Origin: Azolla caroliniana
Lineage: Eukaryota; Plantae; Polypodiophyta
Reading direction: 5' to 3'
NCBI GenBank assembly: GCA_043228905.1
Contig: JBHGNT010000010.1
Coordinates: 6,696,001-6,760,000 of the forward strand
Length of the DNA: 64,000 nt
Below the pieces are notes generated by a model that did no database searches, was not told the DNA's origin, and saw only the letters and a list, made by a program, of their open reading frames with translations. Shown here in pieces: positions 50,447 to 62,423 of the stretch. A program made the translations under genes and the position numbers. Numbering within the stretch: position 1 is the first letter of the stretch; each line of letters starts with the position of its first letter.

Positions 50447-50975
50447 TCAGAAAATAAAAAGGTTATATTTTGTGTCTCTTTGTCTCTCACTCTCCCTCTC
50501 TTCTTGCTTCAAGTTGTCGAGCAGACCTTTTTGTTTCTTTGATTTCATCTACACAATTTTATGGTCTATTAGCACACATAAGTAGTCATCTATTCATGTC
50601 GACCATTTCCAACACGCACACCCAACACACAATTCCTCTCACCACCCCCACACACCCACACCACACCAAATTATATGCCCACTTTTGTAGTTGGTTGTTG
50701 CATTCCTCATTAAGATTCTAATTTGTATACAAACCAAACCATTCCCAATCTAGAAACAATATTTTTTATTTCAAAGCTAAGGGAGAAGTTGTTATGTTTG
50801 AGGGCATGAATGCTTGTACAAGAAGTTTGCAACTTATGCACAACAATTTAAATCCATGCCACACATCTTCAGGATTCAAGAGGATATATAAATTTATAGT
50901 TAATTCTATTGATGAATTTGGTTTGTTCCTCCAAATGTGAAATACTACCAGAATTCTTATTGCAAATGGTATATC

Positions 50976-51611
50976 TGTTAGGAATATGTCCCTCTGGGAG
51001 GAGTTGACTGGTCGGGCGGAGAGCTAACAATCGATGTTATGGAGAGTCGATAGTAGACAATCCAAGTCGAAGACAAGACCGACTAGTCGAGCCGACCGGA
51101 GGGTCAACAACAAGGCCGATTAATCGGACCGACTGGAGAGTTGGCTAGTCGATTTGACGAGTCGACTAGTCGGTTGATTGACTGTTACTATAATAATAGG
51201 AATAATAGTAGCAGAGGCTACATTTGTAAATAGCCCATATAGTGTATATGTATAAATGCACTTAGGGCAAACATAGTAGTGTAGAACAAAAAGTATAGAA
51301 TTGTGTAGAGTTCCTGTAGTTGAGAGTTACAGAGAGGAGTGCGTGAGAGGGAGTGGTGACAGAGTTTGAGCACACTTGTCAAGAACCCTAAGTGGTTATC
51401 CTTTGAGTATCAAAGAAGTGTTGTAACCATTCTTTGTACTCTCCATGTATAGTGGAAGATCTATTCTCCCGTGGTTTTCCCCATTTAGGGTTTTCACGTA
51501 AAATTATGTGCATTGTATATCTCTGTCTATTGTTTGCTATTTTCTGTTTCCGCATTATTGTGTATTTCATAGTCGGCATTCCTCACGAATCTAAGGGATT
51601 GGATCCCATCA
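50976..51611 (+). mobile_element. Solo LTR
   Basis: TG..CA termini with TSD ATATC at 50971-50975 and 51612-51616, internal TATAAAT, and short GACTAGTC-type repeats. Confidence 0.75.
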
Positions 51612-52441
51612 ATATCCTTGTCCCAACATTAATTCTTTTTTATGTTCAAAACACAATAAAAATAGTGTGATTGTCTATGCACTACTTTCGGAATGTATCT
51701 TGGATCGCATACATAAATTCTCACTTAGTGAATGGACTCTAGAATCCAACCATCAAACTTCATGTATGAACTTCAAATGTATGAAAATATTGGAATGTGA
51801 GAAGGCAATTGAAGGCACTACAACTATATTTCAGCATAAACCTTAAATGAACACCCATGTATTCAAAGATAGTTGAGGATATGTTTTTAATGACAAATAT
51901 ACAATTGGGTGCCGCACTAGAATGTAAATGGGAAGCTTTCAAGAAAATCATTTTCTCATCTACAAATTAATGTTTTACAACCAAGCATACACATTGCAAA
52001 GGGATAAAAAAATGTAGCACAAAGAAAAAATGGTTTGGTAAGGAATGTTATGAAGCTTGAAAGTATCTTATGAGTTTCGATGTAGTCAAGGATAGGGAAA
52101 ATTACCAAACCATTTGCATTAATACAAAAGAGTACAAAATACTTATTTAGAGGAAGAGAAGAATGTGGGAAGTTACTCAACAATTTCTCCAAACATAAGA
52201 GAATGCACATCCATATGCTAAATTTTGGGGAAATTTAAGGGGGAAAGATGTTAATAGGCATGACAACTTAATTGTTATATACTTGTCAATTTATTGTAAG
52301 AATCTATATGAGCTATCAATTTCCAAAAACAATGTGTTATGATTCTCTTTCACATGTCTCTCTTCTTTACAATTGAAAATGTATGCATTGATATTAAGAA
52401 ATTGGCATCTCGAAAGGCAATTGATCTTCAATGTATAAAGG

Positions 52442-52666
52442 TTGAAATGCTCAAATGGATGGGATAGGAAGAACATATATGGAGAAGTGATATGTTTAAT
52501 GATACATTACAAGTTACAACGTGGCATGCCCTACAATTGGACTATGAATTGGATTAAACATTTACACAAAGGCGGAAATGTAAATTATGTAAGCAATTAT
52601 CGAACAATCATGGTCGGCTCAATAATGACAAAATTTATTTGGATGTGTAAATTGAATCAAAGATAA
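52442..52666 (+). pseudogene. Degenerate non-LTR retrotransposon RT fragment
   Basis: W..IKHLHKGG....SNYRTIMV resembles the LINE RT N-terminal motif. Confidence 0.55.
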
Positions 52667-53652
52667 TTCCTAACAATATGTCTGACACGAGGACGTGGGA
52701 TATACCTATTCGTTACACTTGGGTATGTTGTAAAGAGATTGCAACTTGAAGAGTTATTTCCCTTGTTTTTACTTCTTCTTTTTCCTTCAAAGATTTTCTT
52801 CCGTAGTATTAACAAAAAAACACCCGAAGGCTACAACTTGAGCTTGTCTGCCCAAAGCTTACAATTTTATTTATTTATTTATTTCCAAAACAAAATATAC
52901 TTCTTATACCAAGCATCATATGCATGTGAATCATCACCATTACTCCCAATATGTAAGGAATAATTAAAATCCAACTCCCAAAGTGAGAGTTTCCCTTCCA
53001 TATCTCTCAAGAAAAAGCAGTAGGGTCAAAGCAAGCTACGATGTACCAAAAAGGTATTGTTTTTTGCCAAAAAAAACACGAGTACTATTAGTACTAAGTA
53101 ATTGTAGAATTTTATTTAAAAAATCGGAAAAAAATAAAATCTTTTTAGGGAGTGGGGTGGGGGTAGTACACATTGCATTAAAGTCAAGGAATGGGGGGGA
53201 AACGGTTGTTGCGTATTCAGGACTATTTTGGGGGTTATTTCCCCCTCACGTTTAATTTAGGACGCCACATTAAATGATTTTAGCACTTCTTCCTCACGTC
53301 TCCTCTTCCTCCTTCCAACCGAGCTCGTCTCAGATTCGAAATGTTTGCATCTTAGGTTTTCCTATCCCTATCATTTTGTTGTTTTCTGCGTCAATCGTCT
53401 TCCCCATCTTCTCCTTCCCTCGGTATGTCTCTTAGATTTCTGTTCAGTGGCTTTAGTGTTGATCAGAGCATGGTTTATGGTGTAGGTTATTTCAGAACAA
53501 TTTTTAGGTTTTAATATTTATAGTTTATCCTTTCGAATACAAAATTTAAGATTAATTTATGCTGAACAGATTAGTGTATCTTCTTCATCATCATCATGAT
53601 TATTATTGTCATTATCATCTCCATCTACTTCTTCATCATTACTATATTACGT

Positions 53653-54380
53653 TGTCGTGCCTTTCGGCGCCAGATCGTTGCGTGAGTCGGGTGGGAACCG
53701 CTGGGGTTTTGGACTAGGAAGAGGAGAGTTTTAAGGCTAATAAGAATATAAATATGTTGTAAGAAAGAGTTATAGCAAACTCGTGAATCCCACGAGTGTA
53801 TTGTATTAGATTAATCAATATGAATATAAGAATATAAACTTCGGTTGAAAGAGAATGATATAGAATTCTCGTGAATCCCACGAGTATAGTTTATTAATTG
53901 GTGTTTTTTAGAAACATATCCAGTTTCCAAATATTTTTCACACACAATTACATTGTGCTCCCCATCCTTATGTAGTGATGAGGAAGTCTTAGTAATCCAT
54001 GCTTTTTCTCTAACTATAGACCCCATGCTTTTCCTATAGATAGACTATATGCTTTATCTAAAGTGATCATGCTTTTTTCTAACTTGTGCGTTTTTTATCA
54101 TGCACGCTAGATGTGTATGTGTAGCTTTTTCTTTTGTTATGCGTTTTTCTAATGTTTATCCTAACGTGAATTTACCTTTCTATATGGGACATCTATGCTT
54201 TAACACTAATGAAATGCTAGTGTAATGGTAAGACATTACATTATTAACATGGAGGTGCAAGGTTCGAATCTTGCCCTATGCATGTTCCATTTATTTTGCT
54301 ATTTTCTTCTATTTCTTCATTTTTTATTGAATCTAATACTATATACGTTTTTCACGTAGTGTACAAAATACACTACGACA
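53653..54380 (-). mobile_element. Solo LTR related to P1 LTRs
   Basis: Ends TGTCGT..ACGACA with 4-bp TSD ACGT (53649-53652, 54381-54384). Its U5-like GTCCAAAACCCCAGCGGTTCC matches P1 GTCCAGAACCCCGGCGGTTCC. Confidence 0.85.
54218..54271 (+). promoter_or_regulatory. tRNA-like A/B-box cassette in the P1-related solo LTR
   Basis: TAGTGTAATGG, 32 nt, GGTTCGAATCT, followed by T4 runs. Confidence 0.7.
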
Positions 54381-56499
54381 ACGTTGATCATATTGTGTTT
54401 TGTATTTGATAGGGTGTATAAGGCAAATGATAGTTGTACACAATATGAGGGCTTGATCAAACCGATTAGATGGAGTTGTGAATTATAATAGTTTTTATAG
54501 ATCAAGGTAACTACAAATTAGAGAGGGAGACTCAAGAAATTAAGAAAAAAGGTAGAGAAGATGAGAAAGAGATAAGAATGTTATAATATTCCACTATCAA
54601 GTCAATACAAAGGGGATAAAGTCCAAATTGAACTAAAAAACCAAAGAACTTCTTACTTCCAATCACTCAAACCTACAAATGTCTTTCACTATTCTACCTT
54701 AATCTCTTTCTTCCTTCAACTATGCTTCCTTCTTCCCACTCCTAAGACTCTTCCTCTTATTACAAAGGTATCATTTCCCCCTTCCTTAGCCTCCTTCATC
54801 TCCATTGTTATCATCTTCTTTCCCCCCGCTTCCTCTCTTTTTCACGCTCTTTATTGAAGTTTTCATCTCCTATTTTTAGCTTCGACATAGTGATCTTCGC
54901 ATCGTCATATCTCCCTCATCGGAGCTCCACATTTAGAGATTTAAAAAGTTACTAATAGCCCTCTTTATGAGCTTTCTAACACATATTTATACAAGATATT
55001 TGGGTGATAAACGAAAGAGTTATGACCACTCCTTGTAGACTGTTTTTGGGTGGTCTACTTTTTCTCTTTTTACTTTTCTCTGTGTCTCTTACTTTTACTT
55101 TTGATTTCTTCTTAAGGTCTTGATTCGTGTTCTTAGCTTCCAAATGTGAATGCTCCATAACTTATATTCTTCTAATGTTCAATGGTTTGAAATCTAAAAA
55201 TACTTTCACAATATTATTTCCCGGTCTTAATGGAATCATAGTCTTCTACCAATTCTGTCATGCACATGTGGATATCCTCGACACTAATTTTCCAAAGTCA
55301 TGGTAACTTACTAAAAATGCTTTTGCATAGCTCTCATTCTCTTCCGGGCTCCCATAAAGTCTATGTTCGATTGTTCATTGTTCCTAGCCACAACACCTAA
55401 AACCTAAGTTTTATATTAGCCTAATGTTATGGTCAAACAAGTAATTTAAAGGGGTCTAGAAGAGATAACAACATAGAAATATGAAATTCAAAGTATCTGA
55501 TGAAAATGAAAAGTGATATGTTTTTTGTGATATTACTTCAGTTTTATGGTTTAGATTGTCTAAAGCCGTGGTTTTATGTTTTAGATTTGGTTCATTTTCT
55601 GTCATCCATTTCAAAATAGTCTAACTTAAATGTTGGTTTTCTTTCTTAAAAATTAATTGTTTTAAAAGAACAATTAATTGCTCCATCAATGCTTGATCAT
55701 CCCAGGGGATATCGGAGGCGAGTAGACAGAAACATGCAACGTAAGCGGAGGCTAGACGATCACCTTGACGTAATCGTGGGATTTTGTTGATTGCCGTCCT
55801 TATGCTATCAATATCTCCAAAACAGGCATTAAACTCGCTTATAAACTCCTCAAAATTATTTAGTAATGGAGATCTTTTCTCTTACAACGGAACGAGCCAT
55901 GTCAAAGCTGAGCCGCTCGGCAACGTGCCTACTAGACCCACTCATGATGCATCAGTGGGATATCGGGAAGGATGCATTTGAATGACTAATCGTACCTGAT
56001 TAAGGAATCCTCTAAACTGTGATCGCATTCCATCGAATTTCATAGGAAGGCCGATCTTGAGCTCTTTATGAATCCCTTGAGTACTTGGTCCTTGTTGTTG
56101 CAATGCTACAATGGTTTCTTCAAGTTGTTGCACGCGTAACGCTAGCTCCCCATGTTGTTGTTGCAAATCCACATGTTTTTGTTGCCTTTGCTGCTTTTCT
56201 AAAGAGAATTGTTGAAGATCCCCCAACAACCATTGATTTTCTTGTTCCAATGCGACAAACCTTTCTTTCAAGCATTGCAGCTCCGAGAAAACGGATTGAT
56301 ATTCTTGAGTGCTAACCGTTGCCATAGTATTGGAGGAAAGAGGGATTAGAGGATTAGTACGAAGGGAGGGAGGAGTAAGAATATAGAGAAATTCAGTTCA
56401 AACTGTCAGGAATAGTACTAAAGACAAAGAGGGAATTAGTACTAGAGGTAGAGGAGGATGAGTACGATGAGTAGTTAAGAGGAAAAGATGGTGTGGAAT

Positions 56500-56505
<6 letters not shown>

Positions 56506-56547
<42 letters not shown>

Positions 56548-56554
56548 GAGAGAG
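56506..56554. repeat. (GA)n microsatellite in G4 LTR
   Basis: Directly visible. Confidence 0.95.
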
Positions 56555-56783
56555 ATGATGGCAATAGAAGATATATATTATAAGGAGAAAGATACAAGAA
56601 CAACTAGGAAACTTAAGACTGGTGTTGAACCGAATTGGTTCTCAATAATGCCATGTGCCTCTTTTTATAGTGTGCTTAGGAATATTCTTGACGTTTCTAC
56701 AATGTTCCAGAGAAATCTAGAATATACATGGATTTTCAAAGTGAAATAATAAATGAAAACAATATTTTTTATATTATAATGTA

Positions 56784-56837
56784 CAGCGTAATGGTAGGGC
56801 CTCAACTCGTATGACACAAGGTCATGGGTTCAAATCC
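56784..56837 (+). promoter_or_regulatory. tRNA-like A/B-box cassette in G4 LTR
   Basis: CAGCGTAATGG, 32 nt, GGTTCAAATCC. Confidence 0.65.
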
Positions 56838-56849
56838 TTTTTGAGAGAG

Positions 56850-58774
56850 CAGTAATGATCTTCCAAGTTTTACTGAGTATTGAAAGAATGGAACTTTTAT
56901 GATCTGTTCCCCCAAGGAATGTGACCAAACCCAATCCCCCGAATCCCATGTTAATCTTGCAACATGGTCTTTTGTGTACAACCACAACATATCACACATA
57001 TGAGCAATTGAAGGATAAGGATCAAGCATTCATTCCTTTCTAGTTTTAGCAACCACTCTCACTGGTGCACTTCGCAAGTGTTGTAGATAACTGCAATCAA
57101 AGGTATAAGGTTGTAATCTATGGTTGTCTAGGACCTAAAAATAAGAAGTTCACCCGTTAGGTGAAACACCCTTGACAGCCATCATCGTGTCATTTATGAA
57201 GCATCCAAACCATAGATGTTCCTACCTGGTTTGGAAGGTTGTAGAAAACGAAGAATATGTTGGTGATATGCTAGCAGTCATTATCTTGGCACCGTGAACA
57301 AATTTGTAAACGTGCAAGACAATCTTCTTGTGACATTTGCTGAAATTGAATCCAAGTTCTTACGGATGCAGCAGGCCCATTATCCAATTTACCCCAAGCA
57401 AGGCGAGTTCTCAGGCCCAACACTTTTCTTGCATTATCCCGAAATAGAGAATTGGCAAGAAGAGGCTGATTAAGTAGTGCATCCCACGTAAAAGGGTTGT
57501 CCTTAGGCAAGAATGATTTAATCACATCCCATGCCCTTATGATTCCTAGCAAAAATCTATTGGATGCAAGATCCCACCTTGGTGTTTGCACATCATTCAC
57601 GAACAACCAGTTTAAAGAGGTTGACCAAACGCCTCCCATCTTAGGACTTAACTGCATCAACTGATTTAGAAATATTTCTTTCCAAGCTTCTAATCCTCGC
57701 AGCAATCCTCTGATCAAAAACCTAGTTAAGAGGGCTCTTGACTGCATCAAAGGATCTATCAGACCCAACCCTCCATTGCTTTTAGGTTGAATTAACACAT
57801 TCCAAGCAACTTTGGCTATTGTTGGAGATCCATGCCCCTCCCCCCCAAAGGAAATTACGGATCAATCTTTGCACTTTCGTTATTGCAAATCTAGAACAGA
57901 TGTTATAAACCACATTGAAGCTAGCAATACTGAGTTTGTTACTCCCAATATAGTAGTTTACGCTCTCAAATCTATACCAACCATACATCCCAAATATCGA
58001 ATTGGTTCACCATGGTGAAGCCATCAAAAAGAAGGACTTGGATACCACACAAGGTGAGTTTCTTCACCCACCCAAAGTCCGACTAACTTATTCCAATTTA
58101 GTGATGCACTTGTCGCATTTGAGAAAACTTGCAAAGAAAATTGTACCCGACTTATTACCAATCTCCCCTTCAACATAGAGGGTCGTGTCATTTGCAAACT
58201 CAGCATCCAATACAATAGGTTGTGTAATAGGTAATGTTATGCCTTTTATACCAACCGAAGAAGATCTTAGGTAGGAGGACAAAGCTTCCCCAAACAAGAT
58301 AAAAAGAAAAGGGGCAAGAGGGCATCCTTGCCTAATAGGCTTGGAGATAGGAAATAGTGGCCCATATCCTCCAGCAAACAAAACAGAACTAGAAGCATGT
58401 TTGTATAGGGTGGAAACACCTTTTATCCATGCATCAGGAAAACCTAATCTTGACAGCACTACCTCAAGAAAGTCCCAATCTACTTTATCATAAGTCTTCT
58501 CGAAGTCAAGCAATAATAATACAAGTTGTTGTTTATTTTGTTGAGTTAATGCAACCATTTCCCAAAACAAAAAGATGTTATCAAAAATACTTCTATCTTG
58601 TAGAAAACTAGATTGTGTGTCATGAATAATACACGGCAACACCGATCGTAATCTAAGAGCAATGGTTTTTGCCACAATCTCATACACGTCGTTAAGCAAT
58701 GTTATTGGCCACCACTTGGCAACTTCACCACACTCGGCATCCGACTTAGGAATCATATGTGTATCTGACTTCAC
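56850..58774 (-). mobile_element. L1-like LINE ORF2 fragment (RT and downstream region), decayed
   Basis: WPITLLN, LDFEKTYDKVDW, IRQGCPLAP, FANDT (FADDT) and PKSNGGLGL motifs. Confidence 0.88.
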
Positions 58775-60131
58775 CTTTTTTTACTTATGTGTATCCTCCC
58801 TCTTGTAAGTTTCCATTTATAAGAAACACCCAAGTAGTTTCTCTACCAATATTCCCTTGAAATTTGTTACTTAAGAAAATGGAGACTTTTGGTCATGCTC
58901 ATTATGAGAAGAAAATCGTCATATTGCTTCATCGCATGAAGTGTGGTATGAGCATCCAAATAGGGCTTTCTATTACCATACCACGTTTGGTAGGGGATTA
59001 GCACTAGAGATTTTGAGAAACTTGAACATTAACTTGTGTTCTAGGGCACTTGGCATATGTTCACTAACTATTACCCTTGAAAATGACTTTTCTATGTCCT
59101 TAGATCATCTAGAGGGGTAAGACCAATCTATTGATAACTCCCATCCTCATCAAAAAAACAATTTGTTTTCACAATGAAGACTTGCATCTTAACTCTTCCA
59201 TGTGATGGTATTGGGTTGCCTTGATATTTTGTTGGTGGCAAATTGCTTACTCCTATAGCAAAAGATAAGTTTTCATAGGTTCGTGAAGTTTGGGTGTTTT
59301 GAAGGCTTCATATGTTCGAGAATCTTATTGCTCGGGATATGACCAAGTGAAATCAAGAGTTGACAAGTACAACTTGATCTCATGTTGTATCATTGTAGAA
59401 GTTAATTCTCAGTTGTTCTGCAACATGATGTATTCCCCTTATTCTTTATTCTTCATTCTTCACTCTTCACTCTTCAAGACATCCGGCGTCTTCATCCAAC
59501 ATTTAGATTTTGATTGCCAATCATTTGTACAATGGTTGCTTGAATGACCTTGTGGCATATTCTCTAACATTGAAAGTAAATATTTGTGAAAATGTAGAAG
59601 AAACTAGCTAATGACATTGTCATGTTAATAAAGCATCATCTCTATTTGATGCATTGAATTAGACTTAAACCTCCGAGGAATGACCAAGAATTGCTTAATG
59701 ACAAGAACAGGTCAATCATTGGACATTACACTTTCTGTCACTTGACAAATTCACCTATCGACATTAGCAAGTGAAGAAGCTCTTCATTACTAGAGCTTGG
59801 GATTTATATGCATCTTTATACTTTCCTAAGAATTGCAAATTGGGTTTTGGATGAGCCATCCTAATATTAGGAAAAATAAGAACAATCTAAATTTAGCCCC
59901 ATCATTCATGTAACAAAAGAAAAGAATTGCCCAATTTACCAATACATAATGAATTCCGAGTACATATCAATAAGTGAATGGCAATCTTTCTGATCATATT
60001 ATTTCACTTGCTTGTGCAAAAGAATACAAACACTACAAAAGTTTAGGTAGGCACTTACATAAGGTGCGATTGAATAACACCCACATTAAGATTAATAATA
60101 AAAACCATGAGAATCCACAACTACAAAATCC

Positions 60132-60392
60132 TCAATGCTTCTCATATTTCAAGGGCTTAACAATCTCCCATGTGAAATCAGGGTCCTCTCTTCCGAAATG
60201 ACCATATGCTGCCGTCTTTTGATAGCGTTTGTTGCCTCCACGGCGCAAATCCAAACTAATGGCAATCATGCCAGGTCTGAAATCGAAGTTTTTCTTGATG
60301 ATTTCCAAGATCTCCGCATCCGGGATCGTCCCTGTCTTATAGGTATCCACAAACACTGAGAGGGGTTCAGGGACACCAATGGCATAGGATAC
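60132..60392 (-). CDS. SAMS: S-adenosylmethionine synthetase, coding exon 2 (full protein 391 aa)
   Basis: TAG|GTA acceptor gives [27 protein letters not shown]..stop. Phase-0 intron 60393-60682. Confidence 0.96.
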   Translation of the reverse strand, partial: VSYAIGVPEPLSVFVDTYKTGTIPDAEILEIIKKNFDFRPGMIAISLDLRRGGNKRYQKTAAYGHFGREDPDFTWEIVKPLKYEKH

Positions 60393-60682
60393 CTAGAAGC
60401 ATCCAAAAAACATCTTAGAACATCAAGCTATGCACCACTATTATGAAATAGAGCTGAATTGCTTGTGGAGATTAAAGAAACCCAAGTCTTACACCATAAA
60501 CCCTAAGTTATGCTTGACACTTCTAAAGAGGCATAACTAAACCTAAACCTATAGACCTAACCCTAAGTTATGGCTAGATGAAAAGCAGCCAACCTAAAGC
60601 TTAATGCCAAATGAGGGGTAGCTAGTACTTAAAAATTCATATCGAGCTACAGTTTTGTAAAAGAAAAAATTCGGTTCTATAC

Positions 60683-61597
60683 CTGAACAATGCAACGGCG
60701 CGCAAGACCTGCGGCAACCACACTCTTGGCAGCTTGCCGAACAATATAAGCACCACTCCTATCTACTTTTGTTGGGTCTTTACCAGAAAAAGCACCTCCA
60801 CCATGAGCACCCCATCCACCATAGGTATCAATAATTATCTTTCTTCCAGTGAGACCAGCATCACCATGGGGGCCACCAATAACAAACCTACCTGATGGGT
60901 TCAAATGGAAGATGGTCTTCTCATCAAGATATTTCTCAGGGATTACTGGTTTGATTACATGCTCCTTTAGATCAGATGCAATCTCATCGTTGGTCACCGT
61001 CTCGTCATGTTGGGTGGAGATGAGCACAGTATGAACTCTAAGAGGAACCATAGCTCCATTGTCATTCTTATACTCAACAGTGACTTGAGTTTTTCCATCA
61101 GGCCGGAGCCATGGGCAAGTCCCATTCTTTCGAACTTCAGTGAGCTTCGCTCCCACTTTAGTTGCTAAGACATGGCTAAGAGGCATGAGCTCTTCAGTCT
61201 CATCAGTAGCATAGCCAAACATGTGGCCTTGGTCGCCTGCCCCGATCTCCTCGGGCTTCTTGGTGAAATGCCCATGGACACCTTGGGCAATGTCCGGGCT
61301 TTGTTGCTCAATGTTCACCATGACCTTGCAATGGTCGGCATCAAGCCCAACATCATCCGATACAAACCCTATCTCTCGGCACGTGTCTCGCACTATCTTC
61401 TCATAGTCTACCTTTGCTTTGGTTGTGATCTCACCAAAGATCATTACCATGTTAGTCTTGGTGCATGTCTCACATGCAACTTTGCTTTCTGGATCTTGCT
61501 CTAGGCATGCATCTAGCACGGCATCGGAGACTTGATCACATAATTTGTCGGGATGGCCTTCATTCACAGACTCGGAGGTGAAGAGGAATGTGTCCAT
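60683..61597 (-). CDS. SAMS: S-adenosylmethionine synthetase, coding exon 1 (305 codons)
   Basis: [19 protein letters not shown] and GGGAFSGKD signatures. Ends CAG|GT at 60683. Confidence 0.97.
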
Positions 61598-61636
61598 GAT
61601 TTGAGCCGAGCTTAGCCGAGAAATTTAATCTGTATC

Positions 61637-61725
61637 CTGCCAATGATAAACAGTAATCCAACATTACCACAACAGAAAATTATGACAACCAAATTGATAT
61701 GCTATAATCTACTGCATGACAGCTG

Positions 61726-61758
<33 letters not shown>

Positions 61759-62345
61759 TATAGATGTGTATATATTCCAAAACTGGTTTTCACAGTGCAT
61801 TCAAAGTTTTCTTAAGCATCAAGTATATTCCAAAACTGGTTAATACCAGCAATAGCTTCCTCATATACAAGCCTCTATATCAGAGCATGACCAGAACTGA
61901 GATTCCTGAGGAGATATAGATCTAAAACCACATAGAAATTAAGCATGTGTGGCTCAAAATCATACAGCAACAAGTATATATGACTTAAAACAGATCAGAT
62001 CTTATGATTCATCTCAGCTATGTATTTAAGCATGCATGAAGCGAAGCAACGGCATGACAGATGATGGACATTGCTATAGACACATCAAATCGGAGACCCC
62101 GTCAAGGAATTAGGGTATAGAACTGCAATCTAAGCATCTACGAGCCCAACAAACATGAAAATTATATGATGGGCACTTCAGTAAACAGATCAGGTGTGAC
62201 GATTAGGAGATTTCTGGGCCTTAACAGGAAAATTAATGCCTTAACAACTAGCGGGTGATGCTATTGAATAAACGCAATAGAAGTGAAAATCAGGTCAAAT
62301 TAAGGCATTTTGAGGCCAGATCAAAGACAGTAGCAAAACACTCAC
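61637..62345 (-). other. Predicted 5'-UTR intron of SAMS
   Basis: AG|GTGAG donor at 62345, CAG acceptor at 61637 (alternative at 61630), and a TATA box about 65 bp upstream of the donor. Confidence 0.6.
61729..61758. repeat. (TATG)n microsatellite
   Basis: Directly visible. Confidence 0.9.
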
Positions 62346-62404
62346 CTAAAGGCTCTGACAAATTTCTGCACAGCAAGGAATGAGGCAAAAACTAGGGTAA
62401 AGCA

Positions 62405-62423
62405 TGCCCTTTATAAAAGGGCA
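62405..62423 (-). promoter_or_regulatory. Putative SAMS TATA box within an inverted repeat
   Basis: TGCCCTTT-ATA-AAAGGGCA, at a position consistent with a short first non-coding exon. Confidence 0.55.

Larger units (their letters stand above)
55690..56840 (-). mobile_element. Chromovirus remnant G4: gag N-terminal half (ATG 56325) plus 5' LTR 56404-~56840
   Basis: Gag is close to G2 (MATVSTQEYQSVFSELQCLK). The LTR end TGTCAGGAATAGTACTAAAG is shared with G2. Confidence 0.88.

Noticed and set aside
53270-55680. Host gene around the P1-like solo LTR
   Set aside because: Only short low-complexity ORFs and no supportable exon chain.
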